In this document: positions 1 to 9,083 of the stretch, piece after piece
Layout: every line of letters begins with the position of its first letter
Numbering within the stretch: the stretch's first letter is position 1
Assembly (NCBI GenBank): GCA_965267575.1
Contig: OZ254086.1
Location: 512,001-576,000 of the forward strand
Length of the DNA: 64,000 nucleotides
Direction of reading: 5' to 3'
Source: Calditrichales bacterium
GTDB taxonomy: Bacteria; Calditrichota; Calditrichia; Calditrichales; J004
Program-made: the position numbers and the translations under genes
Notes under the pieces: model-generated
What the model saw: the letters and a program-made list of their open reading frames with translations, nothing else
What the model was told of the DNA's origin: nothing
The model's database searches: none

Positions 1-1
1 C

Positions 2-841
2 ATAAGTCAGCAACTTTTACAAAGCGGCCATGGCGTCCACATCCTGGACATAATGCCCCCTGCCTTCAGTCACCCCGGGCAGCATTTTTTCCGCGGCGGC
101 GTCGGCGACAGCACCGTTGTGAAGGAAAGCCTCGACGGTTGCGACTCCGTCATTTACCTGGCAGGTGTTTCCGATGGCCGGGCCGGACAGAAAGATCCCG
201 AAGCCGCACGTAGCAGTAACGTCACGCACTTTAGAAGCTTTCTAGGTTCTCTTAACGGCAGTATAAAACGCTTTATTTTTGCCAGCACATTTGGCGTCTA
301 CGGCAACGATTACCGCGAGCCGCTGACTGAAACTCTGGCAGTGAACCCTCAAGAGCCTTATTCGGACAGCAAAGTTGAGGCTGAACGGTTGTTACGGGAA
401 ACAGTAAAGCGCATGCAGGTCATTGTTTTACGGTTGGCTATGGCTTTTGGTCCGGCCCCGCGTATGCGCTACGATTTTATCGTAAATACCATGTTGAAAG
501 CTGCCTTGGAAAACGGCCGTATCGAAGTGTGGGGGGGGCGGCAGCGGAGACCGCAAATTGCCACCGGTGACGTCGCCATGGCCATACAGAAACTGCTCGA
601 TGCGCACCTGCCCGGAAATTATAACCTCTATAACCTTGGTGGAAGTAATCCCTCGTTAGTGGAGATGGCGCGACAAATCCGCGAAGCGGTGAACGACGTA
701 GAGATCGTAAAAAAGCCGGGCCGGGAGAATGAAAACAGCTTTGAACTGGACTCAACAAAAATCGAGCGCGAGCTGGGCATCACCTGCCCGACAACAATCA
801 CGCAAGCCGCGGCGGAAATGGTAGCGTATTTGAATAAATGA
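2..841 (+). CDS. NAD-dependent epimerase/dehydratase (extended SDR), 5'-truncated by the window edge
   Basis: The frame is open from base 2 (ISQQLLQSGHGVHILDIMPP...), so the ATG at 53 is internal. DSVIYLAG, FIFASTFGVYG, catalytic YxxxK (YSDSK), LRLAMAFG. Confidence 0.85.
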   Translation: MSQQLLQSGHGVHILDIMPPAFSHPGQHFFRGGVGDSTVVKESLDGCDSVIYLAGVSDGRAGQKDPEAARSSNVTHFRSFLGSLNGSIKRFIFASTFGVYGNDYREPLTETLAVNPQEPYSDSKVEAERLLRETVKRMQVIVLRLAMAFGPAPRMRYDFIVNTMLKAALENGRIEVWGGRQRRPQIATGDVAMAIQKLLDAHLPGNYNLYNLGGSNPSLVEMARQIREAVNDVEIVKKPGRENENSFELDSTKIERELGITCPTTITQAAAEMVAYLNK

Positions 842-868
842 AATAACATGATGAGAAGAATTTTACTT

Positions 869-904
869 GTCATCCCGGTCGGCGCTCGAGCCGCGCCGGG
901 ATCC
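869..904 (+). repeat. REP-like palindrome, GTCATCCCGG...CCGGGATC family
   Basis: gtcatcccggtcggc-gctcga-gccgcgccgggatcc; related copies at 9003, 12228, 23383 and 27759. Confidence 0.75.
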
Positions 905-991
905 CCGGGTTTGGCAGGCTCCCGGATCTCTCACGTGCTTTCTGGAAGACAAAAATGGTTTTGATGGCGAATCGTTATTAAAGGAAAAAGT

Positions 992-1933
992 ATGAACTGG
1001 AAAAAAATGGGCAATATCTACTGCCCTGATGAAAAACACCCGGTGGTAAAAAGTCACGCCGCCCTACCTGTGGCAGACCTTCTGAATGAAAAACGCGCCC
1101 GCATTTACTTTGCCGGCCGTGACGAAAAAGGCCGCAGCACACCCACATTTATTGACGTAGAGGCAAATAAGCCCTCAAACGTTTTATACCAGCACGACAA
1201 ACCAATCATGGATTTGGGCGCCCGTGGTACATTTGATGACAACGGCATAATGCCTTCCTGCATCGTGAATAGCAGCGGCAAAAAATGGCTCTACTACATC
1301 GGCTGGAACCCGCAGGTGACCGTTTCCTATCGCCTAAGCATCGGGCTGGCCGTGAGCGAAGACGGCGGCGTTACTTTCAAGCGCGTTTCGCAGGGTCCGG
1401 TGCGCGACCGTTCCATCCATGAACCCTTTTTTAATACAGCCCCCTGGGTTTTGAAGGAGGGCGACAAATGGCACATGTGGTACGTCTCCTGCACCGGCTG
1501 GAAGATGATCCACGACTGGCCCGAGCCGCTCTACCTGATCCGCCACGTCACTTCGCCCGACGGCAAAGAGTGGCACCGTCCCGGCACCATCTGCATCGAC
1601 TACGACGATTTCACCGAAGCCATCGGCAAGCCCTACGTTTACCGTGAAGGCAATCGCTACAAAATGATTTACAGCTACCGCAACAGCGTGGATTACCGCA
1701 AGGACCCGGCCAAAAGCTACCGCCTGGGCTACGCCGAATCGGACGACGGCGTGCACTGGCAACGCATGGATGACAAAATGAATCTAAAGTTTTCCGCCGA
1801 CGGCTGGGACTCGGTGATGATGGAATATACGACCGGCTATACGTTAAACGGCAAACACTACCTTTTTTATAACGGCAACGGTTTTGGCGCCAGCGGCATC
1901 GGTTATGCCGTGGCTGACTTTGCGGGGGAATAA
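992..1933 (+). CDS. Five-bladed beta-propeller glycosidase-like protein (GH32/GH43/GH130-like fold) of a polysaccharide cluster
   Basis: Repeated blade motifs WLYYIGW, IGLAVSEDGG, WHMWYVS, YKMIYSYR, LGYAESDDGVHW, YLFYNGNGFG; lies between the epimerase and the sulfotransferase. Confidence 0.65.
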   Translation: MNWKKMGNIYCPDEKHPVVKSHAALPVADLLNEKRARIYFAGRDEKGRSTPTFIDVEANKPSNVLYQHDKPIMDLGARGTFDDNGIMPSCIVNSSGKKWLYYIGWNPQVTVSYRLSIGLAVSEDGGVTFKRVSQGPVRDRSIHEPFFNTAPWVLKEGDKWHMWYVSCTGWKMIHDWPEPLYLIRHVTSPDGKEWHRPGTICIDYDDFTEAIGKPYVYREGNRYKMIYSYRNSVDYRKDPAKSYRLGYAESDDGVHWQRMDDKMNLKFSADGWDSVMMEYTTGYTLNGKHYLFYNGNGFGASGIGYAVADFAGE

Positions 1934-2988
1934 TGGCAACACGCTACATCCACATCGGCTATCCCAAAAATCTTTCCACCGCGCTGCAGCGGGGTTTTTT
2001 TGAGCCGCACCCGCAACTGCTGCACCTGGGCATTGGTATTGGCAGCAATGTCGATTACATAGACGCCCACATCAGCCGTATCTGTGAAAACGACCTTATT
2101 TACGCCAAGGACTTTTACTACAGCCGCCGGCAAAAAGAAAACAAACGTCATTTTGAAAACTGGTTTGCCAAAGCGGAAAATGATTCTGAAAAGCGTGCGG
2201 TTGGTATATCGCTGGAGTTGCTCTCCTTTAGCTTTACACCGGACATGCGCGACGTGACCACCAAAGCCAAACGCGTGGCCGAATTGTTTGAAGGGGACGC
2301 GAAAATCATCGCCATTATCCGCAGCCAGGAAGCGCTGTTCCGGTCGCTGTACCGCGAGAGCGTGCGCCTGGGTTACCCCGGCAGCTACCAGCAATTTGCC
2401 GAAAGCGCCTGGTTGATGCAGGACCGCAATTTCCTGAGCGATTTTTGCTATGATCGCATGTACGAATTGTACGCCCAACACTTTGGCCGCGACAATCTTC
2501 TGTTTCTGCCCATTGAAGAGGTACGCGCCGCAAACGGCGAACTGGTCAAAAACGGCGACCGTCTTTTACTGATAGAAAAAGTAGCGCACTTCTTGGGCGT
2601 GGACTACCTACAGCACGAACTGCCCCGCCAAAACGATCCGCTAACCGACGCGGTGCTGATTGAAAAACGTGAACTCAACGCCCGGGTGCGCCACGAAATT
2701 GGCAACGACCTGCTGGGCCGCGGGGCCAACTTCCACCGCATCAAGCATCACATCACCGACGTTTTAGGCTGGCCCTGGGATGAAAAATTTATCCACCGCG
2801 ATGTGATCCACAAAAGGCAAACCATCGCCTGGGCAGAGCAACTGGCAGGAAATGCCAAAGTGGATTACACCCTGCCCGACATGCTGCGCCAAAAGCTGGC
2901 CCAATTCTACGGCGAATCAAACAGGCGTTTCCAAAAGATTAGCGGCGTTAAAATCAGCGACGCTTACCATACGGTTTTTTCCGGCTAA
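1933..2988 (+). CDS. Sulfotransferase-family protein (P-loop, PAPS-binding)
   Basis: N-terminal 5'-PSB-like loop HIGYPKNLSTALQ and 3'-PB-like IIAIIRSQEALFRSLY; TAATG overlap with the upstream gene. Confidence 0.7.
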   Translation: MATRYIHIGYPKNLSTALQRGFFEPHPQLLHLGIGIGSNVDYIDAHISRICENDLIYAKDFYYSRRQKENKRHFENWFAKAENDSEKRAVGISLELLSFSFTPDMRDVTTKAKRVAELFEGDAKIIAIIRSQEALFRSLYRESVRLGYPGSYQQFAESAWLMQDRNFLSDFCYDRMYELYAQHFGRDNLLFLPIEEVRAANGELVKNGDRLLLIEKVAHFLGVDYLQHELPRQNDPLTDAVLIEKRELNARVRHEIGNDLLGRGANFHRIKHHITDVLGWPWDEKFIHRDVIHKRQTIAWAEQLAGNAKVDYTLPDMLRQKLAQFYGESNRRFQKISGVKISDAYHTVFSG

Positions 2989-3000
2989 CCCCGGCCAAAG

Positions 3001-5928
3001 CTACAAGTCCAACGGCAATTCAAAACTGTAGAAGAAGCGGAAATCAAGACGATCTTCACCCGGGAAAGGATCGCTGATGTAAACGGGGAAAATCAACTGA
3101 AATGCTTCTCCGCCCAGCTTTACACCAGTCTCGGCAAAAAAGCGGGCGTCCGGTATCTCGTCCAACGTTGCAGCCAATGACCCAACCCGACCATACACTT
3201 TTGGGACAAGCGGCAGATCAAACTCCAGGCCGGCGGCAAAACCGGCATTGTTTTTGAGATAGGTACGCCTGTAACTGCTGTAACCCAGCATCTTCATCCC
3301 CTCATTCATAGAAAAATGACGCAAGGGACCGGCACTGCCGCGGTAGGCCGGAACAAATTCTTCATGCTTTGGATCAACCCCGCCGCCGGCAAAAATCATC
3401 TCCTGCGAAGGAATGGCATCTCCCGAAACCGACGCGGCATAGACATCCAGCGTAGCCACGATATTGCGGGCCAGGTCGACAGGCAGGTTTTGGGCATATT
3501 CAAATTTTGTAAAGTCCGCCGTGGAATTAAAGGCATCGATGCTTTTTTCAAGCGATATATCCAGGTCCGATTTCCAGAGCATGTAGCGCCAGCGGCCTTC
3601 ATATTTGATTTTTGCCGTGGTATAGCGGCTTCTTTGGTAGATGCCGGGTTCGTGGTAAACCATATCGTGCAATTTAACCGTGGCCAGTTCAACACCCACG
3701 CGGGAACGGAAACGAAAACTTTCCGCAGAACGGATGGTAGTCTTCAGGCCGGTGCTGATACGCTTCAACCCGTCCTTGTCATAAATGCCCACATTAAAAT
3801 CGCTGAAGTTAGCAATAAACCCGGGAAGCCGGTGCTCAAATGCCAGGCTGTATCCGATGGCTGATGAGCCCAACCCGTAATAAACGCTGCCCTTTGTAAA
3901 GTAATGTTTTAAAATGGGATTGCCGCCCCAGAAACCGCCGCCCAGGCGCATTTTGTCTTCAAAATATTCATAGCCCACATAAGGAAAAAAGACGACTTTG
4001 TATTTTTCAAAGCTGGGCATGGGCCGCAGAAAGGTAAACTCAAAATCGGGCAGGCCCGCGTTGTTCAGGTAATCCGATTCGTAAAAAAGGTAATTGAGAT
4101 TAACGCCGACTTTTTTTAGCGACTGCTGATGCTCGAATACAACCGGTTCATCCTCGTTACCGCTCCAGCGTCCTTCCAGTGTGTCGCCGCTTTGGGTAAC
4201 CAGGTGCACGGGGGCCGGCAAACCGCGCATAGTCCCGTTGTCCGAAACAAATACGGTGGTTTTATAGCCCTCCGCTGTTTTTTCGGTCTCATAATTTTCA
4301 ATGGAAAAATCGGCGTAATGGGTGGTTTCCATCCATTCGTGGCGGAATTTTGCAAGGTCCATCCCGGAGACTTCTTCCATCACCTGCCAAAAGTCATCCA
4401 GCTCGGGGTGCCTAAAATGCCAGCGCTCAAAATAGGTGTGCATCGCTTTTACGAAGACGTGTTTGCCCATCATCCATTCCAAGGAACCGAGCATAAAGTA
4501 GGCTTTGGCGTAATTGGCCGCGCTGTAACTTTGCGGTGTGAATTTTTCTCCGCGCGTACTCATAGGCTGGATGGTATGTTGCAGCACCATTTGGCTGTAC
4601 TGCAAATAATCCAGGTGCCATTGCCCGATATCATCCAGCACGTTCAGCGGGCCCAGCAGGCTATCGAATTTAGTGGTATTGTAGCGGCCGTAATAATGCT
4701 CCATGTAAAGGTGATCATGGTAATTGGTCAGCCCTTCATCCAAGAACACCGAAGCACGCTCATTGGAGCCCAGCATCCCCTGGAACCAGTTGTGCCCCAC
4801 TTCGTGCGCGATTACACCCTCCAGCAGGTTGTGCCAGCTGGCGTAATCAATCGCGATAAGCGTAATCATCGGGTATTCCATGCCGCCAAATGTTTCCTGC
4901 GTCCCATCAATGACAACGGCTTTAGGCCACTTGTATTTACCGACACGCTCGCCAAAAAACCACAGGCTTTTTGCAATGTACTCCGGTGTGTCTTTCCAAT
5001 CGTAGCCATTGGCCGGCAAAACACATGCTTTTGCTAAAACGCCGTCTTCCGTCACTTTTTGATGAATCATATAATCTTCGCCGACGAACCAGGCAAAGTC
5101 ATGTACATTTTTTGCAATGAATCGAACCGTTTTCGTTTTGGCGTAATCCGTATTTTTACGACTCTCTTTTCTCCATCGTGCAATATAGTTGGCGCGCTGC
5201 TCTTCGTCGCTTATTTCCAAAAGTTTTTGTGTACCGGCAATAATCGAATCATTAAACGCTTTTTCCGCGGGATTGTCCTGCAACTCTCCGGTCGCTTCAA
5301 TCACGAAATTTTCCGGAAGCGTTATACTCACGTCAAAAGTCCCGAACTCACCATAAAATTCACCCACATCGTAATATGAATCGGGATGCCAGCCGTATTT
5401 GTCGTACACCACCACCTTGGGATACCACTGTGTAAAATGGAAGTAGCTGTTGCCCCAATGCCCGGAGCGCGAAAACACCGCCGGCGATTTACCTTTAAAA
5501 ACAAGATCGATTTCGATGCTCTCACCGGGTTTTAGCGGTTCCGGCAAATAAAGCTTTGCTTCATCGATGGCATCTTCCTTCAGCTCCCACTCTAAATCAA
5601 CGCCGGCCGTTTTCACTTCTTCCAGGTCCAGGTAGCCGCGCTCGGCTTCATCGGAAAAATAAAAGTCATCGCGGCCAAGGGCCTTTTCCTGGCGGGCAAA
5701 AGGCGACGTTTCATTTTTGTAAGCATTGGGATAAAGGTGCATCCAGATAAAGGAAAGTTCATCGGGTGAGTTGTTGGTGTAGGTCAGTTTTTGTGAACCG
5801 TGATAGGTTTTTGACGGGACATCAAGGGTCACGTCGATTTTATACTCAACGTCCTGTTGAAAGTAGCCCTGTTTTTGGGCGACGAGGGGGATCGTTAAAA
5901 TTAGAAGTAACCATATCAATCGCTTCAT
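3001..5928 (-). CDS. Secreted M1-family zinc aminopeptidase with a long beta-rich C-terminal extension
   Basis: Signal peptide MKRLIWLLLILTIPLVA; GGMEY exopeptidase motif; HEVGH-x18-E zinc motif; catalytic Tyr region ANYAKA. Confidence 0.88.
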   Translation of the reverse strand: MKRLIWLLLILTIPLVAQKQGYFQQDVEYKIDVTLDVPSKTYHGSQKLTYTNNSPDELSFIWMHLYPNAYKNETSPFARQEKALGRDDFYFSDEAERGYLDLEEVKTAGVDLEWELKEDAIDEAKLYLPEPLKPGESIEIDLVFKGKSPAVFSRSGHWGNSYFHFTQWYPKVVVYDKYGWHPDSYYDVGEFYGEFGTFDVSITLPENFVIEATGELQDNPAEKAFNDSIIAGTQKLLEISDEEQRANYIARWRKESRKNTDYAKTKTVRFIAKNVHDFAWFVGEDYMIHQKVTEDGVLAKACVLPANGYDWKDTPEYIAKSLWFFGERVGKYKWPKAVVIDGTQETFGGMEYPMITLIAIDYASWHNLLEGVIAHEVGHNWFQGMLGSNERASVFLDEGLTNYHDHLYMEHYYGRYNTTKFDSLLGPLNVLDDIGQWHLDYLQYSQMVLQHTIQPMSTRGEKFTPQSYSAANYAKAYFMLGSLEWMMGKHVFVKAMHTYFERWHFRHPELDDFWQVMEEVSGMDLAKFRHEWMETTHYADFSIENYETEKTAEGYKTTVFVSDNGTMRGLPAPVHLVTQSGDTLEGRWSGNEDEPVVFEHQQSLKKVGVNLNYLFYESDYLNNAGLPDFEFTFLRPMPSFEKYKVVFFPYVGYEYFEDKMRLGGGFWGGNPILKHYFTKGSVYYGLGSSAIGYSLAFEHRLPGFIANFSDFNVGIYDKDGLKRISTGLKTTIRSAESFRFRSRVGVELATVKLHDMVYHEPGIYQRSRYTTAKIKYEGRWRYMLWKSDLDISLEKSIDAFNSTADFTKFEYAQNLPVDLARNIVATLDVYAASVSGDAIPSQEMIFAGGGVDPKHEEFVPAYRGSAGPLRHFSMNEGMKMLGYSSYRRTYLKNNAGFAAGLEFDLPLVPKVYGRVGSLAATLDEIPDARFFAETGVKLGGEAFQLIFPVYISDPFPGEDRLDFRFFYSFELPLDL

Positions 5929-6082
5929 GAGCTGCTCCGTTTGATTTGTGATATTACCTTAGACAGGAAAATACGGATTTTAGTTTTTATGAGTCGCCTT
6001 TTTTATTATCGCATACTTTCTCGCCCGGCATACGCGTATAAAAATCTATTTTGATTTCTGGCAGAAATCTTTCAAATTTCTT

Positions 6083-7387
6083 GTGTTATCATTTCAGCAG
6101 GCGGAAAGCAAAGTGAACCCAGGTATAAAAACAGATACAATACTTCAGCGCCACGGCGTGCGGATTGCTTTTATTTACCTGGCGCTGATCGCCTGGCTGG
6201 GTGTATTGATGCGGGCGGTGCAGTCGGGGCTGCTCTCCCTGCCGCTGGATTTCAAGCACATTTTGCACACACATTCGCACAGCGCCTTTCAGGGCTGGCT
6301 GTATACCCTGCTATTTGTGGCGGCGGCCCTGCTTTTCCTGGATAAAGAAAAACGCAGTCGCTACCGCATTAAAACACAATTCATTGCTACGCAGGTTTTG
6401 CTGGCCGGCAGCTTTGTCGCTTTTTTGCTGCAAGGTTACGCATTCTGGTCCATTAAGCTGTCGTCGCTGTTCCAGCTTGTAAGCTATATTTTTGTCATCA
6501 CAATCTGGCGCGGCGCGGACGGCTGGCACGGTCGGCTCTCTTTCAGATTCTGGAAGGTGGCCATTGTGGCCATGTTTCTATCCACCTTTGGGCCCTGGGC
6601 ACTGGCCTACATCATGTCGCAGGGCCTGGGCGATACACCCGCGTATCCTGCGGCGATTTACTTTTTTCTGCACTTCCAGTACAACGGCTGGTTTTTGTTC
6701 GCCTTGCTTGGTCTCTATGTTTTGACGCTTGATGAATCAAAGATACCGTACAACTTTGTTCGCGCTGAGAAAGCCTTTTTCTGGCTGGCCGCAGCTTTGA
6801 TCCCTTCTTACGCCATATCCGTTGTTGATCTATTCCCCGGGCCTGCGGTGCATGCAACGGCGGTGCTGGGCGCGCTGATGCAACTGGCCGGTTTGTACTG
6901 GCTTATCGCTGCCGGAGGCTGGAAAAGCCTTATTAAAGGAACGCCTTCCAATATGCAGGGCTGGTGGCTACGTCTGGCGGCTTTTGGTTTTGTGTTGAAA
7001 GTATTATCGCAGCTGGCGGTCATATTTCCCGGTCTGCACAACGTGGCCTACGAAAACCGCCACGTGGTGATCGCTTACCTGCATTTATCACTGCTTGGTG
7101 TTATAAGCGCGGGGTTGATTGCCCTATTGGCACGGCGAGGACTGCTGCGTCTGCGCGGCCACTGGGCGGAGATGGGCAGCTTCCTGTTCTGGACCGGTTT
7201 CCTGGCCACGGAATTGTCACTTGGTATGACGCCCTTTATGATAAGCCCCATGTTTTTTGACGGACTGCTGGCGGCTGCGGCAGCCATGGCCGTGGGCCTG
7301 ACGATAATCGGGGTTATCCAGTTTGGGGGCGGGGAATCGGGGAAACCACAGAGTACGCAGAGTGTGGCACAGGGTACACAGAGTTAA
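6083..7387 (+). CDS. Polytopic membrane protein with intramembrane histidines (heme-copper oxidase subunit I / NorB-like superfamily, uncharacterised branch)
   Basis: About 12 hydrophobic segments; HTHSHSAFQGW, YFFLHFQYNGWF, AYLHLSLLG. Start codon uncertain. Confidence 0.55.
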   Translation: MLSFQQAESKVNPGIKTDTILQRHGVRIAFIYLALIAWLGVLMRAVQSGLLSLPLDFKHILHTHSHSAFQGWLYTLLFVAAALLFLDKEKRSRYRIKTQFIATQVLLAGSFVAFLLQGYAFWSIKLSSLFQLVSYIFVITIWRGADGWHGRLSFRFWKVAIVAMFLSTFGPWALAYIMSQGLGDTPAYPAAIYFFLHFQYNGWFLFALLGLYVLTLDESKIPYNFVRAEKAFFWLAAALIPSYAISVVDLFPGPAVHATAVLGALMQLAGLYWLIAAGGWKSLIKGTPSNMQGWWLRLAAFGFVLKVLSQLAVIFPGLHNVAYENRHVVIAYLHLSLLGVISAGLIALLARRGLLRLRGHWAEMGSFLFWTGFLATELSLGMTPFMISPMFFDGLLAAAAAMAVGLTIIGVIQFGGGESGKPQSTQSVAQGTQS

Positions 7388-7484
7388 AAGAAAGTTAATA
7401 GAAGGAGTCTATCCAGCGTGACCTGACCGATGTAAAGCGAGGTGGGCATACTCTGAGCTTTTTTTGGCCAAATGGCACGAGCAT

Positions 7485-7509
7485 GGATTCCTGCATGCGC
7501 AGGAATGAC
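7485..7509. repeat. REP-like palindrome GGATTCCTGC-N-GCAGGAATGAC
   Basis: ggattcctgcatgcgcaggaatgac hairpin with the same GTCAT/GATC-type ends as other repeats in the window. Confidence 0.6.
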
Positions 7510-7668
7510 AAGATTATTGCAAAAGTCCGGTCATCTGCCAATGCATTCGGGAAAGTCAAGAAGACCTCACGACCGCAAGACTACAAGACTGCTTGACTAT
7601 TTGATAATGATTAAGATAATGAAAATGAAAAAGATGCTACCGCACCCTTTACTAATAAAGGAGACTTA

Positions 7669-7977
7669 ATGGACAAAGCACAAAACATCGCCCAGCTCAT
7701 CGACTACCAGGAAAACTCGGTGGTCAGTAAAACGCTGCTCAAACAAAAAAACGGCAACATCACGCTGTTTGCTTTTGACAAGGGCCAGGGCTTAAGCGAA
7801 CACACGGCGCCGTTTGATGCCTGGTGCCAGATTGTGGATGGCCGGGCCGCGGTAAAGGTCGGTGATACAACCCATGACATGAAGGCCGGCGACGCCATCA
7901 TCTTCCCGGCCAACATACCACACGCCCTGGACGGCAGCGAGCGTTTTAAAATGCTGCTGGTAATGATTAAGGAGTGA
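7669..7977 (+). CDS. Cupin-domain protein
   Basis: RBS AAGGAG; GQGLSEHTAP and GDAIIFPANIPHAL cupin motifs. Confidence 0.85.
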   Translation: MDKAQNIAQLIDYQENSVVSKTLLKQKNGNITLFAFDKGQGLSEHTAPFDAWCQIVDGRAAVKVGDTTHDMKAGDAIIFPANIPHALDGSERFKMLLVMIKE

Positions 7978-7998
7978 TTGGGATACCCGCGCATTCAT

Positions 7999-8100
7999 TA
8001 AACCCCACGACTGAAGTCGTGGGTTAGCACAGCTTAATCTGCAAATAAGTTCTGTGGTGATTTCCTGACGAGAAAATTAACCTACGACTGCAGTCATGGG
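7999..8100. repeat. Pair of hairpins CCCACGACT-N-AGTCGTGGG (IS200/IS605- or REP-type remnant)
   Basis: aaccccacgactgaagtcgtgggtt at 8001-8025 and degenerate copy aacctacgactgcagtcatggg at 8079-8100, between convergent genes. Confidence 0.6.
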
Positions 8101-8141
8101 CCTTATTAAGCATTTAAAAAAATGCAAACCATTTATCGGTT

Positions 8142-8882
8142 CTAACCCTGCGCCCATGTATCGATTAACCTTCGCATACGCTGGTAATGGCTGCCTTGCC
8201 AATAGACCTTGCCACATGAGCCGCATTGGTAAAATTTATCATAATATTTTTTGGTGAGCGGCTCGAGTCTGTGCAGGACATCCTTTTTAGCCACCTCCTC
8301 AATCAGACCGTTGCAGACCAGGCAGCGATGCATCGGCTGGATAAGGTTGCGCAGGTCGAAGCGGCGCAGAACTTCCTCCACCTGGTCACGGGGGTCGGGA
8401 GAACGCACCCAGTAGCCGTGCGTGATCACGCGGTGGTGCAGCAGTTTGCGGTCGTGGGTTAAAACCGCGCGACGGCCCTCCACAGAAAGCTCCACGATCT
8501 CGGCATCTCTGTAATCATTGCGATACAGGGTATCAAAACCGAGCATGCGCAGATAGCGGGCCAGCTTGCCCAGGTGCACATCGCAGATAAAGCGCGGGTC
8601 ACGCAGCGGCATTTCGCGCAGTTTCACCAGCGAAGAGATATCCAGGCTTTCAAACATCGGGTAAACGGCCACGCGGTCTCCATCCTGCAAACGGTAATCA
8701 AAGCCCACGGACTCGCCATTAACGACAATCAGTTCCACCTCCGTATGCGGCACGCCCAGCGCCTCAATGGGGTCTTTTATGGAAGGGCTTTCTTCAAAAG
8801 TGTACTCAATGTCCTTTTTCTTTTGCTGTTGCGGCAGGAAATCATTGAGCTCTTCGTAAAAGCGGAAAGTAGCGTTAAACAA
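8142..8882 (-). CDS. Mut7-C ubiquitin-like / Mut7-C (PIN-fold) RNase domain protein with C-terminal zinc ribbon
   Basis: N-terminal FRFYEELNDFL...IEALGVPHTEV (Ub-like); FICDVHLGKLARYLRMLGFDT; RCLVCNG...CGSCGKVYWQGSH. Confidence 0.9.
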   Translation of the reverse strand: MFNATFRFYEELNDFLPQQQKKKDIEYTFEESPSIKDPIEALGVPHTEVELIVVNGESVGFDYRLQDGDRVAVYPMFESLDISSLVKLREMPLRDPRFICDVHLGKLARYLRMLGFDTLYRNDYRDAEIVELSVEGRRAVLTHDRKLLHHRVITHGYWVRSPDPRDQVEEVLRRFDLRNLIQPMHRCLVCNGLIEEVAKKDVLHRLEPLTKKYYDKFYQCGSCGKVYWQGSHYQRMRRLIDTWAQG

Positions 8883-8891
8883 AGGTGCTAA

Positions 8892-9040
8892 CGTGTTTGA
8901 GTGTTATTGTGTTAATGTGTTAATGTGTTAATGTTTTCAAGCCCTATCTTGATCTTGATCGTGCTCATGATCATGATCTGAGCTTGCGTCACTCTGCAGC
9001 TCAGATCCCGGTGCGGCTGGGTCGCCGACCGGGATGACAG
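8892..9040 (+). repeat. Composite repeat: (GTGTTAAT)n + (ATCTTG/ATCATG)n + AGATCCCGG...CCGGGATGAC palindrome
   Basis: Same module order as the reverse complement of 27757-27887. Confidence 0.75.
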
Positions 9041-9083
9041 TCAGGTCAACAATTCATCAATTCAATAATTTACCAATCCGCTC

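Noticed and set aside
4129-5037. 302-aa plus-strand ORF
   Set aside because: Antisense shadow of the M1 peptidase; no motifs.
7472-7669. 65-aa ORF MARAWIPACAGMT...
   Set aside because: It is a translation of a REP-like palindrome (WIPACAGMT) and tandem repeats.
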